Source: Macrostomum lignano (lineage: Eukaryota). Taken from it: DNA of 64,000 nt. This document shows, piece by piece, positions 61,401 through 64,000 of the stretch. The number at the start of each line of letters is the position of its first letter. Position 1 is the stretch's first letter. Position numbers and translations under genes: made by a program. The notes under the pieces were generated by a model that was not told where the DNA came from, ran no database searches, and saw only the letters and a program-made list of their open reading frames with translations. Location: positions 1-64,000 of the forward strand of contig NIVC01002050.1 in the NCBI GenBank assembly GCA_002269645.1, given 5' to 3'.

Positions 61401-62174
61401 GTCTTCCAGAACGAAGTCCTTGCCATCAGCTCTTGCGCTGCAGAGCTGAACGCCAAGGTTACGAGAGGAAAGACTATTGTCATCCACTCCGACAGCCAAG
61501 CGGCCTTACAGGCCCTTTGCCACACCACAACGAACTCCCGGACAGTCGCCGACTGCGCCCGGCAGCTCAACCTCCTGGCCAGAAGCAATACTGTCAGGCT
61601 GAAGTGGATCCCAGGGCACGCAGGGTTTCCGGGGAACGAGCTGGCAGACACCCTCGCCAAGAGGGGCGGCTCTGGCTCTTTCTTCGGCCCTGCCCCCCTG
61701 GTCCCTATGCCCTTGACAGTCATCAATCGTCAGATCGACGACTGGGCTGACTCCCTCCACAGGGACAGATGGGCGGGCACCCAAAACTGCCGGCAATCTC
61801 GTGCCGCGGTTCCTTGCCCGTCTCACAGGCTCAGAAACATCCTTCTGAACCAGAATCGGAAGGATATTCGAGCCCTTGTCATGACCCTTACCGGCCATGG
61901 CTACCTCGCCAGGCACTGCTTCCTCCGAGGCGACCTCGAGAGCGAAATTTGCCCCTTTTGCGAGTGCGACAATGAAGATGCTCAGCACTTTGTCTGTCAC
62001 TGCCCTTTCTTTAACAGAGACCGGCTACGCTACCTCGGGCCGAACCCGTCCATTGACGAGGTTTGCCAGCCCGACAGCATCCCACGGCTCATCCAGTTCC
62101 TTCGGGCGACTAGACGAGCCAGTTTCTTCCCAACGGAAGATCACGCTGCAGGACGGACCGGCGGACCACCCTGA
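58474..62174 (+). CDS. LINE ORF2: AP endonuclease, RT, RNase H, CCHC; frameshifts at about 58837, 59460, 59487 and 59625
   Basis: QINLQH, LVQEP, GDINAHH..WG, SDH (APE); GSPQGGVLSP, YADD (RT); YTDGS, HSDSQAAL, WIPGHAG..GNELAD (RNase H); CPFCECDNEDAQHFVCHC. Confidence 0.93.
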
Positions 62175-62844
62175 CCGGCCCCACGCCTCTGCCTGTCTGC
62201 GGGCCTTCAGGGGCTAGCGGAATGGGCGACCCTCGCCTCCCCGCTGTGTCTACGGACCACCCTGCAGCTAAGTCAAGTCACCTGAGAATCGGCTCTCATC
62301 CGCCCCCCGTCTACCACTGATCCGCCCCCGTCTACCACTGAGAATCGCCTCTGATCCGCCCAGTGGTCAATACGCATGCACTTAGATACAAAGTACTCTA
62401 GACGGCCCGATTTAAAGCCAAAAAAGTTCATTCATCATGCTCAACAGTTTGACAGAGACAATTGAGTTTTCTACTGTTTATTTGATTTCAGTTTCGAGCA
62501 TCTACTCGTAGAACAGCCGAACTCTTCCAGAAAGAAGAATCAGAAAAAAAGCGCCTAAAGAGTCCAGAATCCAGAAGAATTTAGCAGCAAGATTTTACAA
62601 AAGAAAACTTGGTCTCCTTTTTTGCATTGTCGATGACAGCTGACGAGTAACTACTTATGTGGGTGAATCGCTTATTAAAGCAGAAAGTACGCGGCAAACT
62701 GAAAACAACAGTATTTATTGGTAGTGATGAAAATTACATATTTCATGCATTATATTCATACCATTCTATATTCATACTCTAAGAGAGGTAGCGTGCTCCG
62801 AGTGCTTCAGCGACGGCTTTGTCCATATTGTTAGGTTTGTGACA

Positions 62845-63735
62845 GCAAAGGGCGAGTGAGGACACAGCAAGAGGGCGAGTGAGGACACAGCAAGAGGGCG
62901 AGTGAGGACACAGCAAGAGGGCGAGTGAGGACACAGCAAGAGGGCGAGTGAGGACACAGCAAGAGGGCGAGTGAGGACACAGCAAGAGGGCGAGTGAGGA
63001 CACAGCAAGAGGGCGAGTGAGGACACAGCAAGAGGGCGAGTGAGGACACAGCAAGAGGGCGAGTGAGGACACAGTACTCAGAGTGAGGACACAGTACTCA
63101 GAGTGAGGGCACAGTACTCAGAGTGAGGACACAGTACTCAGAGTGAGGGCACAGTACTCAGAGTGAGGACACAGTACTCAGAGTGAGGGCACAGTACTCA
63201 GAGTGAGGGCACAGTACTCAGAGTGAGGGCACAGTACTCAGAGTGAGGACACAGTACTCAGAGTGAGGGCACAGTACTCAGAGTGAGGGCACAGTACTCA
63301 GAGTGAGGACACAGTACTCAGAGTGAGGACACAGTACTCAGAGTGAGGGCACAGTACTCAGAGTGAGGACACAGTACTCAGAGTGAGGGCACAGTACTCA
63401 GAGTGAGGAAACAGTACTCAGAGTGAGGGCACAGTACTCAGAGTGAGGGCACAGTACTCAGAGTGAGGACACAGTACTCAGAGTGAGGGCACAGTACTCA
63501 GAGTGAGGACACAGTACTCAGAGTGAGGGCACAGTACTCAGAGTGAGGACTCTTACTCACAGTAAGAGGGCCAGTGAGGACACAGTAAGAGGGCCAGTGA
63601 GGACACAGTAAGAGGGCCAGTGAGAGGACACAGTAAGAGGGCCAGTGAGGACACAGTACTCAGAGTGAGGACACAGTAAGAGGGCCAGTGAGGACACAGT
63701 ACTCAGAGTGAGGACACAGTAAGAGGGCCAGTGAG
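62845..63735. repeat. Composite minisatellite: 23-bp GAGGGCGAGTGAGGACACAGCAA, then 20-bp GAGTGAGG(A/G)CACAGTACTCA, then 23-bp GAGGGCCAGTGAGGACACAGTAA
   Basis: Three blocks share the core GTGAGGACACAG. Confidence 0.95.
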
Positions 63736-64000
63736 AACTGAGGATGAGGCTCAACAAGAATACGTGGGTGAGTTTGAAGTGCTGAGCTGCCAGGGCTCAT
63801 TCTGACTGCAAGCCGGGCACGCAGGGTTAAAAAAGACAAATGACAAGCAAGCGGACATGCAGGGTTAGTCAGACCAACAAACATGCGTAAGTTTTTTATC
63901 CAAAATTTAGGAATGAGTTAGAAACCTATTTTGCACTTATTTGCGAAAAAAATTGGTTAATTAATCAAATAGTAAAGACTGGCTGTAGGAGGGGTAGCAT

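Larger units (their letters stand above)
56537..62278 (+). mobile_element. Full-length non-LTR retrotransposon with RNase H (LOA/R1-like); 13-bp TSD CACCTGAGAATCG; short (AAGTC)n tail
   Basis: TSD at 56524-56536 and 62279-62291; ORF1 plus ORF2 (APE-RT-RNase H-CCHC). Confidence 0.93.
55843..62360. repeat. About 33-37-bp minisatellite GTCTACCACTGAGAATCGCCTCTGATCCGC(C)n; blocks 55843-56536 and 62279-62360 split by the LINE
   Basis: The same unit occurs on both sides of the LINE. Confidence 0.93.

Noticed and set aside
1-64000. tRNA, rRNA or snRNA genes
   Set aside because: None recognised by eye; tRNAscan-SE or Infernal would be needed to exclude them.

Overview
Eukaryotic (metazoan) genomic DNA, not prokaryotic. 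GC-rich exons, AT-rich intergenic DNA and introns each filled by a different tandem minisatellite resemble the flatworm Macrostomum (inference only). Host genes rebuilt by hand from GT-AG junctions and recognisable protein motifs: EXOSC2/RRP4 (+), VPS54 (+), an orphan 303-aa ORF (+), MRG15/MORF4L1 (+) and AP-1/AP-2 beta-adaptin (-). Mobile DNA: (1) a full-length Ty3/Gypsy LTR element (CTAG TSD, near-identical LTRs, predicted -1 frameshift heptamer plus pseudoknot) whose 5' LTR carries a nested 2.7-kb TIR element; (2) a 4.2-kb Sola2-like DNA transposon with a five-exon transposase in MRG15 intron 1; (3) a full-length LOA/R1-like LINE with RNase H inserted in a minisatellite, with a strong splice acceptor just before ORF1; (4) a decayed RTE-like LINE, several MITEs and a possible Crypton-like fragment. 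EXOSC2, VPS54, the Sola2-like transposase and the LINE carry frameshifts, mostly 1-bp losses in short G/C runs, which look like consensus errors. No tRNA, rRNA or CRISPR array is supported. All alignments were done by eye, with no database searches.
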